Below, piece by piece: positions 50,629 through 64,000 of a DNA stretch of 64,000 bases (its first letter is position 1; every line of letters starts with the position of its first letter). The notes beneath the pieces are model-generated. The model saw nothing but the letters and a program-made list of their open reading frames with translations. It searched no databases and was not told where the DNA came from. This stretch comes from Octopus sinensis (taxonomy: Eukaryota): positions 67,022,001 through 67,086,000 of the forward strand of contig NC_043000.1 in the NCBI RefSeq assembly GCF_006345805.1, given 5' to 3'. The position numbers were made by a program, and so were the translations under genes.

Positions 50629-50990
50629 TGTATATATATATGTATATGTATGTATATATATGTATATGTATATGTATGTATATATATATATATATGTATG
50701 TATATATATATGTATATATATGTATATGTGTGTGTGTATATATATACATGTATATGTATATGCATATATATATGTATATATATATATGTATATGTGTATA
50801 TATATATATGTATATGTGTGTATATATATATATACGTATATGTGTGTATGTATATGTGTGTATATATACATGTACATGTGTATATATACATGTATATGTA
50901 TATGCATATATAAATATATATTTATATACATATATATATATATATATAATATATTATATATTATATATTATATATATGTATATATTTCAA
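50629..50990. repeat. (TA/TG)n microsatellite following the LINE tail
   Basis: Direct reading. Confidence 0.95.
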
Positions 50991-51223
50991 GAAAGATTTT
51001 GTGAATCCAACCAACTAAGGGATAATATCTATCCAATATACTGCTGGTAGCATATCCAATTATTAATACACAAGTGTTTTTTATTGCTTTGCAATTACAT
51101 TACCAAGTGTACTAAATGGGTGAAGGTAAAGAGATATTTTACCATTAATTTATAGAGCAATAAGAAAATGGAGGGGATCAATAGGTGGTTCATCAACTTT
51201 TAGACATTATATTATGTCAACTT

Positions 51224-54200
51224 GTTTATTTATTTATTAAAATGACAATTACAAGAATATACATACATGTATAACATATGCCTTACTCATAAAGTATATT
51301 AATATATAAAGATACCAGTAATTATTAAAATATTACATACAGGAATATAGATTGGGAAAATAGATTTCTTTATTGGCCTCGCAGGACTAAACACAGAAGG
51401 GACAAAATACAAGGTAGAGCATTTCTTTTTGGGAAGAAGAGTAGGGGAAAGGTGGGGTGCGTATTCCGATCAAAAGGGATCGTGAAAAAAAGTGGGGTGG
51501 GGGCGGAATTCCGATCAAAAAAAAAAGATGGGGCCGATCAATAGGGATCGTGTATCACAGAAATGTTAATGTAAAGAGGGAAAACAGATTAGGTTTGTCT
51601 GTGGACAGAAAAGCCTACGGAAAAGACCACGGGAACCTTGGGCAGTAGTGTCATGCAAAAAGAAAACATTACAGTAAGTGGGTCTCTTTTTTCCTTTCGT
51701 TTCTTTTTTCTTTTGGTTCATAGGATTATGCTCAAGCTGGCTCCGTCATTCACACGTGCCATCCTTGCTACATTCACCCATCTTTTTTTGAAACATTCAC
51801 TAGACAAAACTTCCCTCTCTACTCTCACCTTCCTCTTTAAGTGATACTTGAAGAAGTTGATGAGTGATTGACCAGAGAGGAAAGTGTTTGTCTCTAGACC
51901 TTTCAGACGCATCTACCATACACATTCTTTCGCCATAGCCACAAGTACGATGTAAATGGCTCTTCCTTCCCGTTTCAAGGAAGGAGGCGCGACAATATTC
52001 ACGATAGACTCGGTTGATAAACCGACACGTCCCACACGCGACAGCTGTCGTTCGACATAGGCCCACAGGTCGGAAATGGTTGGACACTGTACGAGTGCGT
52101 GCAGGACGGTTTCGTCGCTCTGACCACATCTCGGACTGATCGGCCCCGTGTTTCTCAAGCCATGTCTGTAGAGCTTATCCCGAACGCTTCTCGATAGCAC
52201 TGCCAGGCCAGGGATCTCTAGAAGTTGTCCATAGGTCCCGGCCCGAAAGTCGTCCTGAACAGGCGGGTTCGCCCCGAGATCGTCGTCGTATCTCCCCTCC
52301 TCTAATCCCCCATAGGATGCTTTGGTTGTATTGAAGTCGCTCAAGGTCGACCAAGGGACTGCATAGTTGCTTGAGAGCAACGCGACACTCGCGGTGCCAT
52401 TCGCCCTTCCTCGGCCTCTTTTTGATCCACGACTGCAGTTCGGTCATGGAGATGAGCTGCGGGAAAGCGCACCTCACAAACGGTGATCACACCTGTTCAC
52501 CGTCATCTCTGTAGAGCCGGAGATATCGCAGTCTCAGCGCGTGTTTGTGCATCATCAACCACGGCATGCCCAGCCCTCCTTTTAACGGGTGTTGACAGTA
52601 AATGGATCGCATGACCATCGGAACGCATCCTTTCCATAAGAAACGGAAGAGAATGCGTTCTAGTTTGGTGATGGTAGGGTCGGGACAAGGCACGACGGTC
52701 AGGCGGTAGTAGATGACAGACGCGATGTACGTGTTCGCCACCTCCGCCCGACCTCTTAGGGACAGCTTCTTCTCGGTCCATTGCCGGGCGTGAGTGACCA
52801 CTCTACTCGTTATCTCGTCCCTGTCCTCCATTTGGAGGTCCGGACCAAACCAGACCCCGAGCAACTTGACCGGACCGTCGGTCCAGCGTCCCACGATGGA
52901 GGCACTGGTGAACGGCATGAGCTTGCTTCTCTAGATGCCGAGCCGCAAGCCCACTGATTTTCCCCGGTTGATTTTCGCTACTGTTACCGCTTTGTAGTCT
53001 TTCAGTGTCTCGCCGACCAGCTCGATGAGATTTTGGCTAGACACTATGACGGTGAAATCATCCGCGTATGCAGACACGCTCGTCCCGCATCCCTATTCTA
53101 GCGGGATGCCCCTCAGAGTCGCCAGCTTCCGCGGTAGTGGCTCGAGAGTCAACACGTATAGAAGCGACGAGAGGGTGCATCCCTGACGGACTGAACGTGC
53201 AATGTCGAAAGGTCTCGATAGATGTCCATTTACGCGAATTGCCGAACGGATGCCTCTGTACAAAGCAGCTATCCAGCCGCGGAAGACGTGACCGAAACCA
53301 GCCGCTATGAGGACAGCCTCCAAGTATCGATGGTCCACCCTATCGAAAGCTTTCGATTGATCCAAATTGATCAGGGCCCTACTCATGCCAGGTTCCTTAA
53401 CTACCCTGTCTATGATGTAGCGCATCAAATGTAGGTTGTCATGGGTGCTCCGGCCCGGCACGGCGCATGTTTGCGCCTTATTGACCAGTTTCTCGATGAC
53501 AAGCGCCAACCTCTAGGCTAACACCTTGGCCAAAATTTTCAGGTCTGCATTAAGCAGAGTGATGGGCCTAAAGTTATCTATTACGTCCCTCTTGTTTGGA
53601 TCTTTCCTCAGCAGTTTTACGGCTCCTCGGCTCATAAAAGCGGGGATGCTCCCGTTTTGCTGTCAGTTGCAGTACACTCCTGCCAAGACGTCTCCAAACA
53701 AGTCTGGCATACAACTGCAAAGCTCGTAGGGTAGACCATCCAAACCCGGCGATTTGTCCCTCGAGCATTCTGCCATCGCGTCCCGCTCTTCCGCCGCCGT
53801 GATGACACCTTTGCAGCGCCCTGCCTCTCTTGTCGAGAGTCGTGACAGGCTGTGTAGGTAGGCACTGAAGTCCACCCTGCGTTCTCGCCCGCCACTTGTC
53901 CGAACAGTCGGGCAAAATGCTGTTGAAAGGCCTCACACATTTCAATAGGCTCGAGTAATTCGCGCCCGTTCTTCTACCAGAGATCGAGTGGTGGTTTTGT
54001 TGCCCTGTTGCGCCTCCGCCACCCAGACCTCTCACGCGGCTCCAACACTTTCGTTCCTTAGATCATGCATCCTAGCTCTGACAACACACCCTTCGTGTTT
54101 GGCGTTGAAGTGTTGGTCGAGGGCCAACCACGCCGCCAAAACGTCGGATGCGATGCCGCTTCTAATTGCCTCTTCTAGCTTCTTAACTAGGTCACACTCT

Positions 54201-55830
54201 ACTCTGTTTCTATCTCTGGCTAGTGTTTTGCTATACCTAATCGCTTCTGCTTTTATTGCTCTCTTGAAGGCAAACCACCATTTGTTGTTGATAATGGCTC
54301 CCGTCAAAGCCCGCTTTACTAGCGTGCTAATCCAGTCTCCGATAACCTGTCTCGATGGGAAAGACGCGTTTTGTTTCCAGTACCCAGGACCCTGCCTATG
54401 TGTCTTACCTAAGTCTAGCGTACATGTCACAAGTTTGTGATCCGTGTAGCTGACTATGTGGAATTGTGGACACCCTACGCTATCTCTATCTACTGTCCTG
54501 CACAGTATCCTATCTAGATACGATCTCGACGACCCGATGCGGTTACTTCATGTCCACGTTGGCGCATTCGGGTGTTCGAGTTGGTACCTGTCAGACAGTT
54601 GAAAGCGTCTGAGCAGGTCTCTGAGGCATTTGCATCCCCGTCTATTCTTATCTCTGCCCACGTAGTCTACATGTGTGTCCAAGGTAGCATTCCAATCCCC
54701 CACTAAATGTAAAGGATGAGACGTTCCTAGGAATACTTCTAGACGTCGATAGAAATCCGGCCGGCCTGTTAAAGGCGGTGCGTAAACTGATACGAGTCGA
54801 AAGGCGCACCCATTGCTGCCGTCGACATCTAGGACGACCAGTCTACTATCCGGGTCTACGAATATTGTCTTTACTTTGAGATCCAGACTCTTGCGAAAAA
54901 GTACCGTGGTGTCGCAGCAGACGGAGAAAAATAAATGTTAAACTGTCCGCCGAACATGGTCTTTAAGGCCCGTGGATTATGGAGTCTGGTTTCATTTATG
55001 GCTATGATTTCTAACTTGTATGACTTTATGTAATTTATGTATGACTTTATGTAATTTAAGAGGTACTCTTGTTTCCAAGAGGACCCCCAAGCCACACATT
55101 CACACAAACAATCTTGATCATAATCCTAGTGAATTAAAACACAAACGAAAGTAACAGAGGGTTACTTACTGCTCGAAAGTGTTTGCTTTCTCCTCCTTTG
55201 GTTTGTCGTCAAGGAGATCCCAATACAGTTTCTTTGTAAGGTATTTTTGGCATTTGCCAACCGCACTGGGGAAATGTCTTTTAGTGTGTGGTGTAGACTT
55301 CGTGAGATGTGTAGTATTTGGATGTGCTCCGGTGGTGTTGTGTATGGGTGATTGTTTCTATGTCATCTCTTGTTAGGTTTGTTTTTGATTTGATGCATTC
55401 CATCAAATCTGTGTTTTTTGTGCCTATAGCTGTGAGCATGTTTGCTGTATATATTTTTGTGGTGTTGGTGTTGCTGTTGTTTGTGGTGGGTTTCGAAATG
55501 TCTTCGGGAGACGCTTTGTTCGTGTTTGCATTTGGTTTGGTTGTTTTTCTGCTCCTTTTCCTCCTTCTTTTTCTGGTTATTTGCCATTCCTCACTGGTTT
55601 CGTCTTCCGACGAAATTTCTGAGAAATCGGACGGTGGTAGGGGCATGTTGTAGGCTTCTATGATAGTTTGTGTAAGTGGTTGTGTTGTTGTTTTCGTTGG
55701 TGTTGGTTGCTGGCTGTTTGTGTGTGGTATATGTGATCTAGGGGAAGGGATGTGAGTTATTGTATTTTCTTTAAAAATCTTTAAAAATTCACAGTACTCA
55801 CTGCTTGATTGTGTTTGATCACGAGACCTC
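51224..55830 (-). mobile_element. Near full-length Tx1/L1-group non-LTR retrotransposon (ORF1-like plus disrupted ORF2, about 55121 to 51718)
   Basis: ORF2 starts MIKIVCVNVCGLG (ATG at 55121). Endonuclease motifs AINETRL, VGDWNATLD, YLDRILC and TDHKLV are followed by GPGYWKQN. RT motifs are SPGLDGLP, RPITLLNADLKI, LDQSKAFDRVDH, RSVRQGC, AYADDF and GGLGMP. C-terminal (S)PRCGQSDETVLHALVQC is a CX2CX8HX4C with the first Cys lost. (TAAA)n tail near 51230. The 5' end is approximate. Confidence 0.9.
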
Positions 55831-56343
55831 CTTAATTGGAATTAACCCGGCTTTTAGTTAACGACAAACAAACTTACAGCAGTTGATTTCAACGAGCAAT
55901 ATTCAGGCATATTGCCATCGGCGGTGGACATAGTTTAGTTTTAATAAGTGAAGACGGGAAAGAGCACTCGACGAGGATTCTGAGCAGTGGCTGTACAGAT
56001 GATGTAGACTTAGAGTAGACAGTTATACATAAAGAGAGAGCGGGATGTGCATGTATATTCATATACATATACATATACATACATACATACATACATACAT
56101 ATGATGGTCACCAGTTAAGGTATGTTGAACCAGGATATAGAATGATGTCTCAGGTTACTAGAGATATGCAGAGTGTTTTTGTGTGCGTGCGTGCGCATAT
56201 ATATATAGGCACACACACACACACACACACACCACACACAGACAAATACCGTTCTGAACATTTTGGCCGCAACTGTATGCATATATTTTATTTATTATAT
56301 TATTATATGACCGAACGCACGCGTTATTTCTCTTCTCAAAGTA

Positions 56344-56383
<40 letters not shown>

Positions 56384-56416
56384 CAGACAGACACTCACAA
56401 TCACTCACATCCACAC

Positions 56417-57460
56417 ACTGCTGCTGTTTCTCGGGAAATGAGCATTGTACTGAAGAAAACTTTATCTCGAAAAACTGTGTCTCGTCGTTTAGTTGAACAT
56501 GACCTACAAGCAAGAGCACCTGCAGTGAAGCCACTGATCAGCTCCAAGAATAAAAAAGTGTTGTCTTACCTTGCAACCGAACATGTGTTGTGGTCTCAAT
56601 AAAAATGGCAAACGGTGCATTTCAGTGATGAATCTAAGTTTATGTTATTTGGCTCAGATGGGAAAAAGTACGTTCGTAGAAAAGTAGGTGAAAAATTGTT
56701 GCCTAAATGCCTTAAGACTAGTGTTAAATTCGGTGGAGGAAGTGTCATGGTTTGGGGAATGATATCTGGAGATGGTGTGGGCCCTTTGGTGCGATTACAT
56801 GGAAAGTTAAATGCAGGAGTTTATAAACAACTTGTAAAAGATCATGTCTTACCTGTGCTGAGAAATTCAACGAAACGACCATCCATATTCATGCAGGACA
56901 ATGCCCCATGTCACAAGGCTAAGGTGGTCATGAACTTCCTCAAGGCTGAAAAGGTTATTGTTATGGATTGGCCTGCTCAAAGCCCAGATCTCAATCCTAT
57001 TGAAAATGTGTGGAATATTCTAGGAGAACGTTCGAAAGCCAGAAATCCTAAAACAACTGAGCAATTATGGAATGCCCTTCAGGAAGAATGGAATAAGATC
57101 ACCCAGCAAGAAATTGAAAATTTAATTTCCTCATGCAGTCGAAGATGTCAGAGTGTGATTGAAGCTAAAGGGCTTCACACTAAATATTAAATAATTCCAG
57201 TATTCTCTGTCATTTTTGATTATTTTGTTATTTTTTCAACCGTTCTGATCATTTTGGCCGCCATGGGTTTTGCAGTAAATCACTAAATCATCCATAACTT
57301 TTGTATTATCCTCTCAAATTACACCAAAATCTCAGGCAATAACAAATAATATCGTATTTATTGTCTGTGAAAATTATAGAATATAAAACAACTTCGATAA
57401 AAACTTAAATCTGCTCATCTGACGAAAACAATGCTGTTCTGAACATTTTGGCCGCCACTG
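56417..57460 (+). mobile_element. Tc1 (DD34E) element, 5'-truncated, with IR/DR-type right end
   Basis: One reading frame 56417-57190 with a single stop (TAA 56600-56602). It has HFSDESKF and FMQDNAPCH...WPAQSPDLNPIE, with 34 residues between D and E. The outer repeat gttctgaacattttggccgccactg-TA (57436-57462) and inner repeat ccgttctgatcattttggccgcca (57240-57263) are about 200 bp apart. Confidence 0.92.
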
Positions 57461-57461
57461 T

Positions 57462-57903
<442 letters not shown>

Positions 57904-58134
57904 ACATATATATTTTCTTCTAATCTTTTATTTGTTTTCATTACATACATACACGCACGTATGATTGTATGTGTGTGGATTATGAACAAATATCCTGACA
58001 CACAGACACATATATACATACACATATGAATATGAAAGGAAATAGAGAACTGAAGAACCACTGAAAATTGGAGGTTTTCCACTCCTTTGAAGGAAATTGT
58101 TTTTTCTTTGGATTAAATAACACACACACACGCA

Positions 58135-58250
58135 TGTGAGGACACATGGGCTAGTGGTTAGTATATGGTGCTCACAATCACCAGATTATGGTTTCAATTC
58201 GTAGACCGGGTGGTGCCTTGTGTTCGGTTGCTAGGGGCCATCTTCCTCAC
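58135..58250 (+). mobile_element. SINE family E head fragment
   Basis: gggctagtggttagtatatgg...ggtttcaattcgtagaccggg (A/B-box-like), similar to the 63042 copy. Confidence 0.55.
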
Positions 58251-58479
58251 TCATGCTATTTCCTCCATTACCCTCTCACTCCCCTTCATTTATAAGTTTG
58301 ACAAGTCCACTACCGTTATTTAATATATCTGTCACTCTCGCTATTTCCTCTCTTTTTCACTCACTCTGTTTCCTACCTTCCCATCAGTTCGGCATTCTTT
58401 TATGTATGTGTCTGTCACCAACAACACACGAGCATGAGAACAAATATTATGAATCAGATATTCTTGCGTTCATTTATAT

Positions 58480-58700
58480 GTGTGTGTGTGTGTGTGTTCT
58501 ATATATAAATATGCATATATAATGTATGTGTGTGTTCTATATATAAATATGTATATATAATGTATGTGTGTGTTCTATATATAAATATGTATATATAATG
58601 TATGTGTGTGTGTGTGTGTTCTATATATAAATATGTATATATAATGTATGTGTGTGTGTGTGTGTGTGTGTTCTATATATAAATATGTATATATAATGTA
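58480..58700. repeat. Minisatellite, about 5 units of (TG)n-ttctatatataaatatgtatatataatgta
   Basis: A constant core with a variable-length TG run, read directly. Confidence 0.85.
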
Positions 58701-58973
58701 TATATCTGTATTTATGTATATTAAACTTTTTCATACTTTTTCATAGTTATACATATTTTTAAACAAATCATAAATATAATTTAATAATTTTTATTTTCAA
58801 TTTAAATAATTTAAATTTTTCAATTTTATATTTTATATATTTTCTATATTATATTTTTTTTATGTTTTTGTTTTTGGTTTTTCACTGTTTGATTTGCCTA
58901 TTCGTGGTTTTATCTCTAATTTAATTTATACAGATATATATCTCATTTGTATACATTTGTATATATAATGCGT

Positions 58974-59010
<37 letters not shown>

Positions 59011-59825
59011 CACATATATATATATATATATATATAATGTGTGCATTACGTAGTCGGTCGATTCAGCTGAAAATATGCACACCTATGTTAAAAGTGCTGG
59101 CAAGTTTGCATGGCAACTATTTTTTTCCTCAAATGAAAGGCGTCACATCTAGGACAAAATTCCTCATCTTATAAAATGTGACCCCAGTAGAATCGAATGA
59201 AAGCGGGTTATATTAACCAAAATGTGAAAAGGGGTCTAAATGGAGCTGGAAGGGGATTAAAATTTCAAGGAGCAGGTGTTTAGGAATTCTCTGTTACATC
59301 AAGCTAAAAATTTTGCGCCAGCCTTTTAATCGTCAATGTGTTGCCGTCCATGATAAAGAAGTTTTGAATGCTTGCTATGGTGAGTCTACTGTCATGAGAA
59401 AGAATCACTTCAAAAATTGGTGTTTACGAATTTTCTTTTACATCAAGTTCAAAATTTTACGCCAGCCGTTAAACTGTCAATACATTGCTGTCCGTCGTTA
59501 AGAAATGCCAGCCATGGTGACTCTACTATCCTCAGATTCTATCCCTTCAAACTTTGGTTTCCAATATTTTATTATTTTTATTCAGCTCGCAAGTTCGTCT
59601 GTCCCTTTTAAATGTTAGCGTTTTGCTGTCTGCCTTGAAGCAGACCTTTCCGTTGCCACTGCCTGATATTTATGATTGATCTTTCTAAATATTTTATTTC
59701 TCAACTTACTCAAGATCTTCTGTTGTTTATAAATGGGAGAGAGATAGATAAAGATAGAGAATAAGAGAAAGCGAGGGAGAGTCCGAGAGAAGTGAGAGAG
59801 AAAGGAGAGAGAAACAAAGACGGAG

Positions 59826-60135
59826 AATCATCACCATCATCATCGTTTAACGACGGTTTTCCGTGCTAGCACGGGTTGGACAGTGTGACCGGGGTCTGGG
59901 AAGCCAAGAGGCTGCACCAGTCTCCAGTCTGATCTGGCGGTGTTTCTACAGGTGGATGACCTTCCTAACGCCAACCACTCTGTGAGTGTAGTGGATGCTT
60001 TTTTCGTGCCGCCGGCACAGGTGCCAGGGGGGCTCGCAGCGGCAACGATCGGTTGTGCTTTTTACGTGCCACTGGCACAGAAGCCAGTCAAGGGGCGCTG
60101 CAATCGCCACGTTCGGATGGTGCTTTTTACGTGTT
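59826..60135 (-). mobile_element. RTE-type 3' tail, CpG-retaining copy
   Basis: The reverse complement ends ggttggcgttaggaaggtcatcc...ccaacccgtgctagcacggaaaaccgtcgttaaacgatgatgatggtgatg. Confidence 0.75.
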
Positions 60136-60215
60136 GAAAGGAAGCAACAGAAAGTAACTACCACACTCTTACCCGCGCGTAGAGCGGTCACCTTCAGCTA
60201 GTAATATATATCTAT

Positions 60216-62578
<2,363 letters not shown>

Positions 62579-62586
62579 ATATATAT

Positions 62587-62689
<103 letters not shown>

Positions 62690-62773
62690 CAGCCTGGCTG
62701 TGTTTGTAGACAGTTGAAAAGAATACTTTTAACAAAACAAAAAAACAAATAATAAATGATAGCAATGTAGTTG

Positions 62774-62880
62774 ACGAAGACAGGTGGAATAGACAACAAA
62801 CAGATGTATTATGGTAACGCTCGGGAAGTTTCGAGCATACGCTCTTAACACAGAAAGAAACAAGGATAGAAAATAAAGCA
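62774..62880 (-). mobile_element. Inverted Penelope-like terminal fragment
   Basis: The reverse complement tctttctgtgttaagagcgtatgctcgaaac...taatacatctgtttgttgtctattccacctgtcttcgtc resembles 61925-62030. Confidence 0.7.
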
Positions 62881-62962
62881 TGTGTAGTGGCTAGCGTACA
62901 CACACACATTTATATATATATTACACACATATAAACACATGTGTACACACACATATATATAG

Positions 62963-62999
<37 letters not shown>

Positions 63000-63041
63000 C
63001 CAGGCATATATATATATATATACATACATATACATACATAT

Positions 63042-63300
63042 GTGGAAGCGTGTGGCTTAATGGTTAGGGATCTGACCACATGATCGTAAGATCGTGATTT
63101 CAATTCCTGGACCGGGCAATGCATTGTGTTCTTGAGCAAGGCCCTTCATTTCACATTGCTCCAATCTACTCAGCTGACAAAAAAGGAGTAATACTGTGAC
63201 TGACCGGCGCCTCATCCAGGAGGGGAATATATACGCAGCTGAATACAGGAAACCGGCCCCTATGATCCTAGCATGGCTTGAGAAGAAAACATCTTTTTAT
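63042..63300 (+). mobile_element. SINE family E, near full-length
   Basis: tRNA-like head tgtggcttaatggttaggg...gatttcaattcctgg, central cttgagcaaggcccttcatttcac, and tail ggcttgagaagaaaacatcttttt. Confidence 0.7.
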
Positions 63301-63307
63301 ACATTAC

Positions 63308-63345
<38 letters not shown>

Positions 63346-63604
63346 ACATATTCACCAGAATATACATATATACACAAAGTGACGGACTGGTCTAAAAATA
63401 TTGGTTGCCAGGAGACTAAGCTCACCCCCCCCCAACTACATTGCTATCATTTATTTTTTTTTTGTTTTGTTAAAAATATTCTTTTCAACTGTCTATAAAC
63501 ACAGCCAGGCTGAAATAGATGATGTATTCTGCTAGGTGTCAGTAAAAAATTCTCAAACTTGAGGGGATGGGCCCCTTAGATACTAACACGGGCCTCCATA
63601 TATG

Positions 63605-64000
63605 GATTCTGATGGCGCAGGGTCCCACTTGCCATCGGGCAATCGGGCAACCTGGCCAGTCCACCACTGCATATACATACACTCATATACATCTACCCTA
63701 AATTCCAACCCCTCCTCAAAGCGGTTGGGTGGTGTAAACGGGCATTGTCAGAGCTATGCCGTCGGGAACTTCGGTTCCTGGTAGGGCCACTCAAGGCGGA
63801 TTGGTCTGGCATCGAGCGGTATTAGGGCCGCAGCCTGGCCAACAGGGCTCTGGTGAAAATTCCAAGAGGCGTCTGATCGGCAACCGGCGGCTTAGAGGTC
63901 GTTCTGTCCCTGCGTCTGTGGAGACTCCGCGGCAAACAGGGCGTCCCGTTACTCGGAATATGCATGCGGGATGTCGGGGACCGCTTGTGTATTCAATATT
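63605..64000 (+). mobile_element. GC-rich, hairpin-dense region, probably the 5' UTR of a non-LTR (RTE-like) element continuing past the window
   Basis: Abrupt GC and CpG rise. agagctatgcc...ggaac-ttcg-gttcc-tggtagggccactcaagg resembles recalled Rex3/RTE 5' UTR sequence. No ORF evidence lies inside the window. Confidence 0.35.

Noticed and set aside
58480-58700. Repeat-spacer appearance resembling a CRISPR array
   Set aside because: The spacers are just (TG)n of varying length, the context is eukaryotic, and there are no cas genes.

Overview
Eukaryotic, AT-rich, repeat-dense animal genomic DNA. The SINE families and abundant (TA/TG)n tracts suggest a coleoid cephalopod, probably Octopus; this is an inference from recalled repeat families, not a database result. 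One intact host gene can be built by hand on the + strand: PGAP3 (Per1/CREST-family GPI remodelling factor). It has 7 coding exons (6953-7240, 11177-11326, 15394-15456, 22269-22330, 27861-27997, 29196-29400, 33364-33448), a 990-nt CDS (329 aa), GT-AG introns throughout with consistent phases, and an unlocated upstream non-coding exon. The rest is transposon relics and simple repeats: Tc1 (two), mariner with a nested element, a pogo-like relic, Helitrons, CR1-, RTE-, Tx1/L1- and Penelope-like retroelements, several tRNA-headed SINE families, and very long microsatellites. The latter explain all the MYIY/IYIY ORFs in the ORF track. The most interesting signals are RNA-level features of the mobile elements: (1) a SINE and a CR1-like LINE share a 57-nt 3' end containing a covarying stem-loop and (GTAAAAGA)n; (2) hammerhead-like motifs at Penelope termini; (3) a partial HDV-like fold at the start of a GC-rich element at the window end; (4) a SINE head joined to an RTE tail; (5) head-to-tail Helitrons with a bypassed terminator. 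A CpG-decay contrast across about 44 kb and a masked KxKxx motif at the PGAP3 C-terminus also merit checks. There is no CRISPR array, rRNA, or convincing tRNA gene. All alignments and folds were done by eye, and repeat boundaries are approximate.
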